Below, piece after piece: positions 45,690-55,500 of a stretch of 64,000 nt of DNA (positions within the stretch are counted from its first letter, which is position 1; every line of letters begins with the position of its first letter). The notes beneath the pieces were generated by a model that was not told the origin of the DNA, did not search any database, and saw only the letters and a list, made by a program, of their open reading frames with translations. Both the position numbers and the translations under genes were made by a program. Source of the DNA: a virus (lineage: Duplodnaviria; Heunggongvirae; Uroviricota; Caudoviricetes); IMG/VR virus record IMGVR_UViG_3300025913_000024, positions 47,478 through 111,477 of that record; one strand, given 5' to 3'.

Positions 45690-45690
45690 A

Positions 45691-46119
45691 ATGAAAAAAG
45701 CTGCCGATAAATGGGCAGCTAAACAAAAACCCCAATGGGGTGATGAAAAATGGCAAAGAGATCTAGACGAGTTTGGTGGTCTTGGTTACGATATCGTTCA
45801 AGACATAGTAGATGATCTAGATCGGAAGCACCAAAAGAGTGAAGACAACAAGAAGAGCATCTTCTACGAGTCTAAGTTGATCCACAAACTTGATGATAGT
45901 TTGTTCTGGGCTTTAGATAATAAATTACCTGTTGGATGGGTAGAAGTCTCACCTGATGTTTGGGATGGTTTACAACTAAGTCCTAACTTTGTTAGGCTTG
46001 ATTCAACCATGGCCAATTATAGAGGCTTTGTCATTTACAGAGTGAATGAAGGAAAAGAGCTTTGTTCTCTTCATCCTGGAGATGAAGCTCCCCCAGGATT
46101 TCAATTACAGAAACAGTGA
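45691..46119 (+). CDS. hypothetical protein (142 aa)
   Basis: ATG directly after the upstream stop; the track ORF starts earlier at 45652 inside the previous gene. Confidence 0.45.
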   Translation: MKKAADKWAAKQKPQWGDEKWQRDLDEFGGLGYDIVQDIVDDLDRKHQKSEDNKKSIFYESKLIHKLDDSLFWALDNKLPVGWVEVSPDVWDGLQLSPNFVRLDSTMANYRGFVIYRVNEGKELCSLHPGDEAPPGFQLQKQ

Positions 46120-46359
46120 TTACCTACTGAAACTTCTAGCTAGAACATCTACGAACCAATCGCAAGCTTGTTCATACTCACGTTCGTTAGAAACTTTATC
46201 TAGTCTCATTCTTAGTTGAGGAACTATGTTAGAGTCGATAGCGTAGACAGTATCTAAAATAACTCTGATGACTTCTTCATTGACCTCGTTTGAATCAAAT
46301 CCTTCGAGTTGATCAAGGTCTTCTTCTAATTTCTTCAAAGTCTGAATGGGATCTTTCAT
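46120..46359 (-). CDS. hypothetical protein (79 aa)
   Basis: First gene of the minus-strand block. Confidence 0.45.
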   Translation of the reverse strand: MKDPIQTLKKLEEDLDQLEGFDSNEVNEEVIRVILDTVYAIDSNIVPQLRMRLDKVSNEREYEQACDWFVDVLARSFSR

Positions 46360-46361
46360 TC

Positions 46362-47753
46362 TTATAATACCTCTAATTGATCAGCAATGGTTCTAAAAAA
46401 TTGTTTCAAAGTTGATATGTACTTGTCTCTTGGTTCATTTTTAACCGTAAGAACATCACTACCCTCATAATGAAGATCAATGAACTCTTCAGCATCTTTG
46501 TCGTATTCTTCTTTGAAGAAGTTAAAAAAGGAACCTTGAGGATCATCAGAAGCCTTTTCTGCGGCAGAAACTAATACCTTTAGAATATTTACACCTGCCC
46601 AAACTTCACCATCTCCCATCATGTCTCTAGCATTTTCTAGAGGCAGTAATATAGAAACGTTCTCTTCATCAAAAAGTGCTGGAGTATCTCCTTTCTCAGG
46701 ATCTTCAATGATGTTTCCCTTTGTAGTTGCTTTGGATACATCATAGTCTACTCTATTAAGAACTTCATCCAATCTGTTCAGTACGTTAATCATCTTGTTC
46801 ATTTTGCTTTCCTTTAGGTATGGGTTATCTTTAACCTTTGTAGCCATGTCCTCAATCTCTTCATCAGACATCCAGTCTGCCCAAAAGACCTTAGAGTTTA
46901 CATCTTTGATGATCTCAGGAATAGAAGTTCCTCTTCTGACTTCATCGGCGATGAACTTTTGAAGTCTGTCTAGATTTTCAGTAACATCTTTTTTGAAGTC
47001 TTCACTCTCAAAATCCATGTAGTCGATAGTCTTTCCTAGGATCTTCTTAAGCTCTGAGCGAGAAAACTTGTACTTCTTCTCAAGACGATCAAGGATATCT
47101 TCTCGTGGAAAACCTTCATCAATCAAACCTTCGAACTCATCTTCAATTTGACCGTTCGTGATCTCTTTGTTCTTTGGATCACGATCATTTAACCAATCAT
47201 TGTAAGCTTCCATAGCACTAGACATCTCAGAACCCATGAGATCTTGTAGAGCGATAAGCATGTCCTCTCTATCGTAACCACCACGCTTCATATCGTCGAG
47301 GATCTCGTTTAGTTCGTCTTGATAAGTCATACTTTCCTCCAGTTTAGAGTTCTCTTTAAGAGAAGAATTCCACGTAGAACTACCTTCTTTCTTCCAAGAC
47401 CAATCAATTTTTCCAGTGGTCTCGTTTTGAATTCCTCTGTAGATGAAGTCACATAGACTGTAGAACTCGATACCTTTGATACTTGGAAGTTTAGTGGTTC
47501 TTGGGCTATCAGGAGCCTTATCCATTATATCCCGATAAGGATCATCATTGTTGTAGTAGTGGATGAAGTTAGGGTGTTCTTCAATACCTGCGCAGTCTCC
47601 CCCTGAGATCAACTTATCTGCTTTTTTTGCAGATATATAGTACTTGGTGAGAATCCTATAAGTAAATTCAGGAAAACCGTCTCCATGAGAATAGATAGAT
47701 TTATAACTATCCCAATCTTTCAGTTTTAAGAAGATCGCTGCTCTTGTTGCCAT
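46362..47753 (-). CDS. hypothetical acidic protein (463 aa)
   Basis: Long minus-strand ORF with no motif. Confidence 0.55.
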   Translation of the reverse strand: MATRAAIFLKLKDWDSYKSIYSHGDGFPEFTYRILTKYYISAKKADKLISGGDCAGIEEHPNFIHYYNNDDPYRDIMDKAPDSPRTTKLPSIKGIEFYSLCDFIYRGIQNETTGKIDWSWKKEGSSTWNSSLKENSKLEESMTYQDELNEILDDMKRGGYDREDMLIALQDLMGSEMSSAMEAYNDWLNDRDPKNKEITNGQIEDEFEGLIDEGFPREDILDRLEKKYKFSRSELKKILGKTIDYMDFESEDFKKDVTENLDRLQKFIADEVRRGTSIPEIIKDVNSKVFWADWMSDEEIEDMATKVKDNPYLKESKMNKMINVLNRLDEVLNRVDYDVSKATTKGNIIEDPEKGDTPALFDEENVSILLPLENARDMMGDGEVWAGVNILKVLVSAAEKASDDPQGSFFNFFKEEYDKDAEEFIDLHYEGSDVLTVKNEPRDKYISTLKQFFRTIADQLEVL

Positions 47754-49228
47754 TATTCAGTTCCTTCTGGGTTTTGAATATAGTTCTCAAGAATGTTTCT
47801 AGTGTAAGAGTCTCCGCCTATTGTTTCAACGAACTCTTGGTTCTCTTGGAAGGTCTTAAGATCTTTCTCATAAGAGATGAAAGCTCTTTCCAAAGACTCT
47901 TTGTACTCTTTGGACTCCATCTTCTCACCACAATCTGGGCAAACGTAAGTTCCGCCACCTTCATTCAAGAAGTCTTGAAGAAGTCCGGCACAACCTGGGC
48001 AAGCACCTTCATTCTTGAAAAACTTGGTGTCGTGATTGAAGACCTTATCTTCTGGAGCAGATGGATAATGTGGATCATCCCAATGAGACTTAGACTTGAG
48101 AAGTTTTTCATTCAACTTGCTCTTTTTGGCTTGACTAAGAACTGATTCTGCGAAGGACACGTCATCTGCATCCCAAAGTACCAAACTTGGTTCAAACTCT
48201 TTGGTGATGAACTCAGAGGCCTTAGTAGCTGGCCAACCAAGACCATTCATAAGAAGTTGCTTGGCTCTTTCAATCACGATGTCCACATCTTCAGGAGAGA
48301 CTTTCAAAGCTTCTGTTAAAGAAACAGATTCGTTGATCTCGTTTACTTTTTTAGCAAGATTCTTGATGACCTTGTTTCTACCTTGAGCAGAAACATATCG
48401 TTGAATATAAAAAGGGTTGTATTCTTTCTTCAAAGAATCTTCTAACTTGTTAGCTAGATCCCCTGTAACTCCAAGTTCATTCAAGATTCCTTGAATGATC
48501 TCCTCATATAACTTTTGTGTCTTCTCGTCTGCTTTGATTGTTTCGGTAATAGGACCATGAGTTTCTGGATAGTTGATCTCAGCTAATCCTCCTGGAGAGT
48601 TCCAGGGATCACTGTTAGTGTCTTCTCTGTCTTGTAATTTTTCTTTAACAGATTCAACCCAATCGTTGATCTGATAAACAACATCTTCAAAGGATGCGTT
48701 AAAACTTTCTGGGTATCCTTCATTTAAGATGTTATTAATACCGTCGCCTAAGGATCCTTCAGCAGTATCAAAAGCAAGTGAAGCCCAGAATCCGTTGACC
48801 TCAAAAGCAGCAGAAGCAAAATTTTCTAAAGCTTCAACCAATTCAGGAATTCTTTCTTTATCAAATATGTCAAACGAGGGATTAAAACTAGATTCCTTAA
48901 GAGGACTTTTCTTTTTACTTCCCTGGTACTCATCGTACCAAGAGAGAACACCTTCAAGGATTTTGTAAGGAGACTTCTTAGCCTCTTCGTTCAAGTTCAC
49001 TCGAACAGGCATCTTGTCGTTGGTGATCCAAGAGCTAACAGCTTCTAAAACCTTATCTAGGTCCGTCTCTGTCTTACTAGCTTTCTCAACAACCTTGATT
49101 AGAGAAGCAACACCTCTCCAATCCATTCCCCACTCTTTGAACTTTCCTAGATCTTTACCTGAGTTCTTAAACTCAAAGGTGAGACCGTTGATCTTGTCTA
49201 CTAAAATATTTCCGCTATCACTTGGCAT
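47753..49228 (-). CDS. hypothetical acidic protein with a zinc ribbon (491 aa)
   Basis: CPGCAG ... CPDCGEK near the N-terminus. Confidence 0.55.
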   Translation of the reverse strand: MPSDSGNILVDKINGLTFEFKNSGKDLGKFKEWGMDWRGVASLIKVVEKASKTETDLDKVLEAVSSWITNDKMPVRVNLNEEAKKSPYKILEGVLSWYDEYQGSKKKSPLKESSFNPSFDIFDKERIPELVEALENFASAAFEVNGFWASLAFDTAEGSLGDGINNILNEGYPESFNASFEDVVYQINDWVESVKEKLQDREDTNSDPWNSPGGLAEINYPETHGPITETIKADEKTQKLYEEIIQGILNELGVTGDLANKLEDSLKKEYNPFYIQRYVSAQGRNKVIKNLAKKVNEINESVSLTEALKVSPEDVDIVIERAKQLLMNGLGWPATKASEFITKEFEPSLVLWDADDVSFAESVLSQAKKSKLNEKLLKSKSHWDDPHYPSAPEDKVFNHDTKFFKNEGACPGCAGLLQDFLNEGGGTYVCPDCGEKMESKEYKESLERAFISYEKDLKTFQENQEFVETIGGDSYTRNILENYIQNPEGTE

Positions 49229-49293
49229 GGATTCATTCCTCCGAGATTCTTTATCAATTAGTGCAAATAACTCGTAAGTTTATAGGAACGCAT

Positions 49294-49322
49294 AAAAAAA
49301 GCACCCCGAAGGGTGCTTTTTC
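49294..49322. terminator. bidirectional rho-independent terminator
   Basis: A7-GCACCC-CGAA-GGGTGC-T5. Confidence 0.8.
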
Positions 49323-49338
49323 AATCGAAAGAGATTGA

Positions 49339-49869
49339 TTAGATCTCAAGAGCGGTTGCGGTAACTCCGGTGACGGTAACCGTACCACCCGTAACAGCGA
49401 GCTGAGAGAAGTCGAACCAGTAAGAGGTACCTGGAACAACGGTAGCAAAACCGTGAAGAACGAATCCGACGGTTTGAGCAGCGACGGCCTCGACGAAGGT
49501 CTGAGCAATACCAACCAAGGTACCAGCGACTGCGGCACCGTTAGCAGGAGCAGCACCAGTTCCAATTCTGGCATCAAGAGTTGCACCATCAGAGATGGTT
49601 CCGTTCTTAACAACACCAGTGATGGTGATCTCTACCTGAGTAGAGAAAGCTGGGGTGATGGATCCTGCAAGTCCACCCATGACTGCGGTAGCAGAGGTAG
49701 TTCCGGCTGGTGAAGCTGCGGTTACCTGAGCTGCGACTCTTCCGGAAGCTGGACCAAAGGCTGGTGACCATCTACCAACCTCGCCACCTTGGTTCTGCAA
49801 GAACATACCAATGTGGAGATCACTTGCTGCCTCAACAACTGTTGGGACTAAAGACTGTACTTGTGACAT
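49339..49869 (-). CDS. Gly/Ala/Thr-rich structural protein (176 aa), GC-rich
   Basis: Low-complexity G/A/T/V composition typical of fibre or decoration proteins; GC clearly above background; sits between the terminator and the fibre genes. Confidence 0.5.
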   Translation of the reverse strand: MSQVQSLVPTVVEAASDLHIGMFLQNQGGEVGRWSPAFGPASGRVAAQVTAASPAGTTSATAVMGGLAGSITPAFSTQVEITITGVVKNGTISDGATLDARIGTGAAPANGAAVAGTLVGIAQTFVEAVAAQTVGFVLHGFATVVPGTSYWFDFSQLAVTGGTVTVTGVTATALEI

Positions 49870-49918
49870 AAAGACTCCTTAGAAAATCTCCATGTTACTC
49901 ATGGGTTTTCTACCCTAG

Positions 49919-50119
49919 TTAGTGGGAAGGGGTCACTACGGTTCGGTCTAAAAACTCGCTTCTAGCAGTTTGCATAAGAATATTCACTTCACCTTCGTCA
50001 TAAAAACGATTCTTCTTGGCATAGGTCTTAACCCAAGAGTAAACCGTCCAATAATACACGAAAGGTTGTTGGTGAAATTCTTTGATAAAGAGATCGATCT
50101 GATCTTTTGAGACACTCAT
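49919..50119 (-). CDS. hypothetical protein (66 aa)
   Basis: Small ORF between fibre genes. Confidence 0.4.
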   Translation of the reverse strand: MSVSKDQIDLFIKEFHQQPFVYYWTVYSWVKTYAKKNRFYDEGEVNILMQTARSEFLDRTVVTPSH

Positions 50120-50125
50120 GATAAG

Positions 50126-52123
50126 TTAGTTTCCTAGTCTAGTGATTTGAGCCCAGTCGTTAGATCCACCACCATTTGTTCCGGTGATGTCCCTAAATTG
50201 GATTGCATCTCCTGCTAAGAGCTGGAGTTTTATTGCACTGTGGTAAGTTCCAGTGGTTGGAGGACTCATCATAACTCTTAAGTTAGATCCATTCTTCACA
50301 AGCTCAATAACGTGGTTAGTAGTAGTTCCGTTCACAATGGAACATTCATATAATCCTGAGACCGGTATGGTAAAAGTACCGGCGCTATACATGTTATGAG
50401 TATCTACTACTTTGGTAGTATACAAGATCGGGTTGTTAATCGTTGCAGCAGAAGACCCAATGTAGTCTGCATGAACAAGAGCTGGTTGTTCTGCTGTGTT
50501 TCCATTAGAGATCTTTCTGATTCTCCAGAGAAAAGTTGAGAAAGTTGACCAATCGTCTCCTGCTCCACCATAAGCAGCACCAGAAGCAGGTCTTGCATAA
50601 CGAGCAAAGCCAACTGTGACGTCAGTTCCTGTGATTCCGTTGAACCTAGTTCCAAAGTCAACCGTGTTTTGTCTCAAGTAATAAAGACCTAAGTTTCCTC
50701 TATCAGCACTGACCCAAGTTTTTCCAGAGTCAACAGAGTACTCAAAGGTTAGAATGTCACTAGGTTGAACATTTCTTTGAAATCTAACCACTTTGCTTCT
50801 AGCAACTGTCAATGTTACAGGGAACAAAGATCCTGCTGGACCAGGAACTGATGTAGAAACTGTTGCGTCAGAGTCAGCAGTAGCTGAGTTAGATGCGTAC
50901 TCAGTAAAGTCTGTGTAAAGATTTATATTGACTGGCCAAGTAGAGATAGGTATGGTACACTCAAGAGAAACTCGAATCACAGTAGTTGATAGCGCAAAGT
51001 TTGCACTGTTCCAATAACCAAGACCAACAGCAGACCCGTTTGTGTTAAGATCGGAGATCAACAATCTTGTTGAATCAAAAGCGCTAACTGAACCACTTCC
51101 GTAAGACGTACCATTGAAGATCTTAACAGCTCCAAGAACTGTACCGTTAAAGTTTACACCATCATCCAACACAATGTTTGTGGTGTCTATCGTGTATCCA
51201 GAAGGAAGAGAGATGAGATAAACACCTGAACCTGCAGAGCCTGCTGCTGTTTGATTCAAAGTCCAGAACAATCTCATTTTAGAACCAATTCGACTCCAAG
51301 AAGCTTTTTGAGTGTTTGTTCCAAGAGTAGGGTTGCTTGTTACTCCTGTGAGAGTTGGAGTGTAAGTACTTTCTGATCCAATGGCAGCAGCTTGAATTTG
51401 AACGTAAGAGCTAACCTGGATCTTAGCTAAGTTCACTGTATAAGCTAAAGCAGAGGTTGAGGCCACATGGAAGATAACACGATAACTTAAAGAAGATGAT
51501 GCAAAGAACGAACAAGAGAACTTAGCTGGTTGAGTAGCTGTGCTAGGTAGAGATGACAATGAAAGAGGAATTAAGACTGAGTTTGTGATGTCATATAAAA
51601 AGACGGCCATGTCATTGTCAGCATAATTTGAAGAGGTCTTGTAAGACAATGTGAAGGTAAGTTGTTGACCTCTATCTGAGTTTGAGATTTGGAAGGTCTC
51701 AGAGACACCTTGACCTTGACGATTCGCCGCATCTTTAGTAAAGAGAAAATCACTTGTGAGATCTAGAGGAGTTGTGGTGTTGACAGCCACTGTCACGTTT
51801 GGAGAACCACCGGTACCATCAACTGGAGAAGTCGATGCAGCGTCGGCGTAAGTTGAGACGTTTGTTAAACCTTGACCACCTGAAGGGTTTGAAATGTATC
51901 CAGTTGATCCTGATCCACTTGAGACTGTGGTCCAATAAGTTTGAGAGGTATCTAAGAGAGGGTCTTGTCCTGTGTTTGCTTGAACAGCTTCGAACAAAGA
52001 TCCGTTTCTGTTGACAATGGCTTGAATTGGATAAGGAACTCCAGCGGACCAGAGAGCAACTTGAATGTCTGATTGCCTGATAGCAGGAGAAAGGGCAATT
52101 GGCCAACCTAAGGATCTTGACAT
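50126..52123 (-). CDS. tail fibre / receptor-binding protein (665 aa) with a C1q-like C-terminal tip
   Basis: S/T/G/N-rich. Shares a central module (LFTKDAANRQGQGVSETF ... YKTSSNYA ... FLYDITNS) and a roughly 110-aa C-terminal domain (...GGSNDWAQITRLGN) with the 1472-aa fibre. Confidence 0.6.
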   Translation of the reverse strand: MSRSLGWPIALSPAIRQSDIQVALWSAGVPYPIQAIVNRNGSLFEAVQANTGQDPLLDTSQTYWTTVSSGSGSTGYISNPSGGQGLTNVSTYADAASTSPVDGTGGSPNVTVAVNTTTPLDLTSDFLFTKDAANRQGQGVSETFQISNSDRGQQLTFTLSYKTSSNYADNDMAVFLYDITNSVLIPLSLSSLPSTATQPAKFSCSFFASSSLSYRVIFHVASTSALAYTVNLAKIQVSSYVQIQAAAIGSESTYTPTLTGVTSNPTLGTNTQKASWSRIGSKMRLFWTLNQTAAGSAGSGVYLISLPSGYTIDTTNIVLDDGVNFNGTVLGAVKIFNGTSYGSGSVSAFDSTRLLISDLNTNGSAVGLGYWNSANFALSTTVIRVSLECTIPISTWPVNINLYTDFTEYASNSATADSDATVSTSVPGPAGSLFPVTLTVARSKVVRFQRNVQPSDILTFEYSVDSGKTWVSADRGNLGLYYLRQNTVDFGTRFNGITGTDVTVGFARYARPASGAAYGGAGDDWSTFSTFLWRIRKISNGNTAEQPALVHADYIGSSAATINNPILYTTKVVDTHNMYSAGTFTIPVSGLYECSIVNGTTTNHVIELVKNGSNLRVMMSPPTTGTYHSAIKLQLLAGDAIQFRDITGTNGGGSNDWAQITRLGN

Positions 52124-52518
52124 TATGAACCTATCCTAGTGATCTGAATATAGCTGGCCGTAGGACTGCTTGACGCAGTTCCTGTAGTGTCACGCACATC
52201 GATAGTATCATTGACTGCCAGACGAACAGTCGTCACCAATTGTACACGACCTGAACTACTACCGTCAGAGCCTTGCTTGAATGCACTACCATTTTTGTAA
52301 AGAGTCACAATATGACCTGACGATACTATGCAAAGAGCTGTGATTTGATACACACCAGCTTTAGGCGCGGTAAACTTCCAGGTACCTGTACCTGTGGTTA
52401 CACATGAATCTGTATCTTCAACGAGTGTGGACCAGTTGATCGGAGTGTTAATTGTTGCTGCATCTGAGTTTGAATACTCAGCACGAATGAGGGATGTTTC
52501 CATCCATAGTTTAGCCAT
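52123..52518 (-). CDS. stand-alone C1q-like fibre-tip domain protein (131 aa)
   Basis: Whole protein matches the C-terminal domains of both fibre proteins (WKFTAPKAGVYQITA ... LYKNGSAFK ... SYIQITRIGS); start and stop overlap the neighbours. Confidence 0.55.
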   Translation of the reverse strand: MAKLWMETSLIRAEYSNSDAATINTPINWSTLVEDTDSCVTTGTGTWKFTAPKAGVYQITALCIVSSGHIVTLYKNGSAFKQGSDGSSSGRVQLVTTVRLAVNDTIDVRDTTGTASSSPTASYIQITRIGS

Positions 52519-55500
52519 TAGCTACCGATCCTTGTGATCTGGATCCACACGTTAACGTCTGATGGTTGAGAAGCAGCACTGTCGTTTTGAAGCCAGATCT
52601 GATCTCCTACTACCAATCGAAGAGTGATGTTTGAAGAACCAGAGGTTGCTGTTACTGGAGTGGTACCAAAGTACCTCCATCTAGAACCATTCTTAAAGAT
52701 CTGACAGTTACCTGCTGTTCCTGTGGTATAGGAGTTGGTTTCTACCAAATAGAGTCCAGCAACTGGACAAACGAACTTCCAGCTTGCTCCTGTTGTGACA
52801 GCACTGTGAGTATCTTCCACTTTCGTTTGAAAGTTAAGAACTACGTTAGTTGCCGTGGAAGGAACAGAGATGTACTCAGCTCTAACCATGGATGGTTGTT
52901 CAGCCATGTTTCCATTGCTGACTTTTCTAACTCGCCACTTAACAGTAGAAAACGCACTCCAAGCTGAACCGTTATTGGTTCCATAAGTTGATCCAGGATA
53001 AATACCGCTGTTTCCTATTTCTACTAGAGCTCGTTTCTTGTTGGTTGTGTCTCGTCTTACTTGAACACCATATCTGGCGTTACCTTGAACAGCAAATTCC
53101 ATAAAAGCATAAAGAGGTCCCCAACCTATTCCGTTATCGTTTATCTCTAGAATAAGTTGGTCTGTAGATTGAATCTCTCTAGCAAAGTCAACAGCGTACT
53201 TTGTGGAGAATCCGTTAGAGAAGTCTGTACTGACAACAGCAACAAAAGCACTTCCATCTTGACCAGTTTTTTGTCCTGTGGTAAAGGTGGTGTTGGTAGT
53301 TGTTCCTCCAGATCCATCGTTAGATGCATACTCTGTGAAATCGCTTGCTAGGTTTACATTTGACGACCATTGAGAGATCTTAGCCTGGAAGTAAACTGTG
53401 ATGACGTCTGTAGACGCCCATGTGATTGGGGTGGTTGCTGTCCATGCTGTAGCTCCGTTACCACCAAAGGGGTAACGATACTCCAAGTTAAATCCGATTC
53501 CTCCGCCTAGAAGACCAGGAGATAAATCACCACCATAACGTGAAGATGAGTGGGTTCCTATTGCATATCCAACAGGCCTGAAGGTTGAGGTTAATCCTGA
53601 AGGGAAAAGAACGTTGATCTGACCAGTAACTGCTCCAGATAAGGTGATAGCTATGACACCTTCCAAAAGATCGCCTTTACGCCAAACGTGAGAGTTTGCT
53701 AGGTCGATAGTTCCAGGAACGTTTTGGAAAGACATTTGACCGGCGTACTCTCCACCAATTGCTGCTCCAAGAACTGGAATGAATGGAGTGATAGTAACTT
53801 GATCGATGTTCATGGTCCAAGCAAGAGCGTTTGTTGTGGCAACATGGAAAACCAAACGATAACTTGTTGATGTCGAAGCTGGCCAGAAGGTAGCTGAGAA
53901 ATAGGTTCCAGCTGAAGCAGTTGGAAGAGAGTTTATTGAGATCGGAATGAAGTTCGAGTTTGTCTTATCATATAGATAGGCTAGAATGTCTCCTGCAGCG
54001 TAGTTTGTTGATGTCTTGAAGTAGAAGGACAAACCTAGAGTGGAACCTAGAACAGCCGGATCCAAGGTAAAGTCATATGAGATTCCTTGACCTTGTCTGT
54101 TGGCAGCATCTTTGGTAATTAGACCATCGCCTGTTCCAATGAGAGGTGTTGTTCCATTTCTAGCTAGAGTAAGGACAGCTGTTCCACCAGTTCCATCAAC
54201 TGGCGTTGCTGAAGCTCCATCGTTGTATGTTGCCCAGCCAGAGATATCACTCTCAAATGTTCCATTAGAAATGTAGTTCAATCCACTGGACGGGTTGGTG
54301 AAGATGACGCTAGGGTTGTTCAACAAAACTGTATCAGGGAAAGCTTGAACTGTCCAAAAAGAGATCACTGTTCCAGTTGAGTCTTTTACACTTAAAGAGG
54401 AAAGATCTGGAATGTTAAAGGTGGTTGAACCATCTCCAACTCCATAAGAAGTTCCCCACAATGAGAACAACTGAGAATAAAAAGATCTACCAACAGCAGC
54501 TCCGTTCAATTGTAAGAGGTTTCCTGGAAGAGATCCAACAGAACCTGTCCAAAGAGTTGTTCTTCCAAGTCCTACAAGAGCCGTTGTTCCTGTGATGACT
54601 TGAACAGGCTCACCAATGGTGATCAAGAGGTCGGTGGCGTTGACAGCGATACCGATAGCAACTCTGAAGCTTCCAATGGTGATGGTGTTAGGATCTGTGA
54701 TGACTTGGCCATTTGTACCAAGATAGTAAAAGGTTCCAGGTGTCATTCCTGATCCGAAACCAACCATGATCGAGCCAGAGGCTTGCCAAACAATGGTAGC
54801 TGCAGAAGCTCCTCCATTGAAAGCTATTCCAATAGCAGTAGCTGTTGTCTCGGTGTCGTTGCTAGCGTGTTGAAGTGTTCCAGAGGACGTGATGTAGACC
54901 ACTCTCTTGGTGGTGACTGCGTTTGTTCCTACGGTTCCTGTAGATGAAGCAGAACCTCCAACAGGAGTCCAGTTTGCGTGGGTTGTGTCTGTTGATGGAT
55001 CGTGGTTTAGGTTACCGTTGGCGTTAGAAGAATAGGCAACACCTAATCTGTTGATGATCGCGTATTGGGTGTAGGTAACGTTTGATTGCCAAAGAGGAAG
55101 AGACGAGATTCTAAAAGCTTCTTTGACTGAAGCTTGAGAAGGCGGTTGAGTAGTGGAGTTTGATGCGAAGGTAGCATCATCTATGGCAGCAAGACCAGAC
55201 AAAGCTGAACTGAGACCCGTGACATTAGCTATGACTACGTTAGCAAACACTCCTGAAGCTGATAAAAATTTACCTGCTGCAGTATCACCAGAAGCTGGTG
55301 CAGGAACCACACCTTGAGTTCCACCAGATCCTGAATCTCCTATGAAAGTAGGAAGATGAACCATAACTGAAGAAGGACTGTTAGCTTGAGGAATAGCAGA
55401 ACTTCCTGAAAAGTTACTGAGGATAGCATTGTTTGGTATGCTAGCCATCTTAGTAAGAGTTACTGCTCCGTTTGAGATCGTTGTAGAAAGAGATCCGGCA

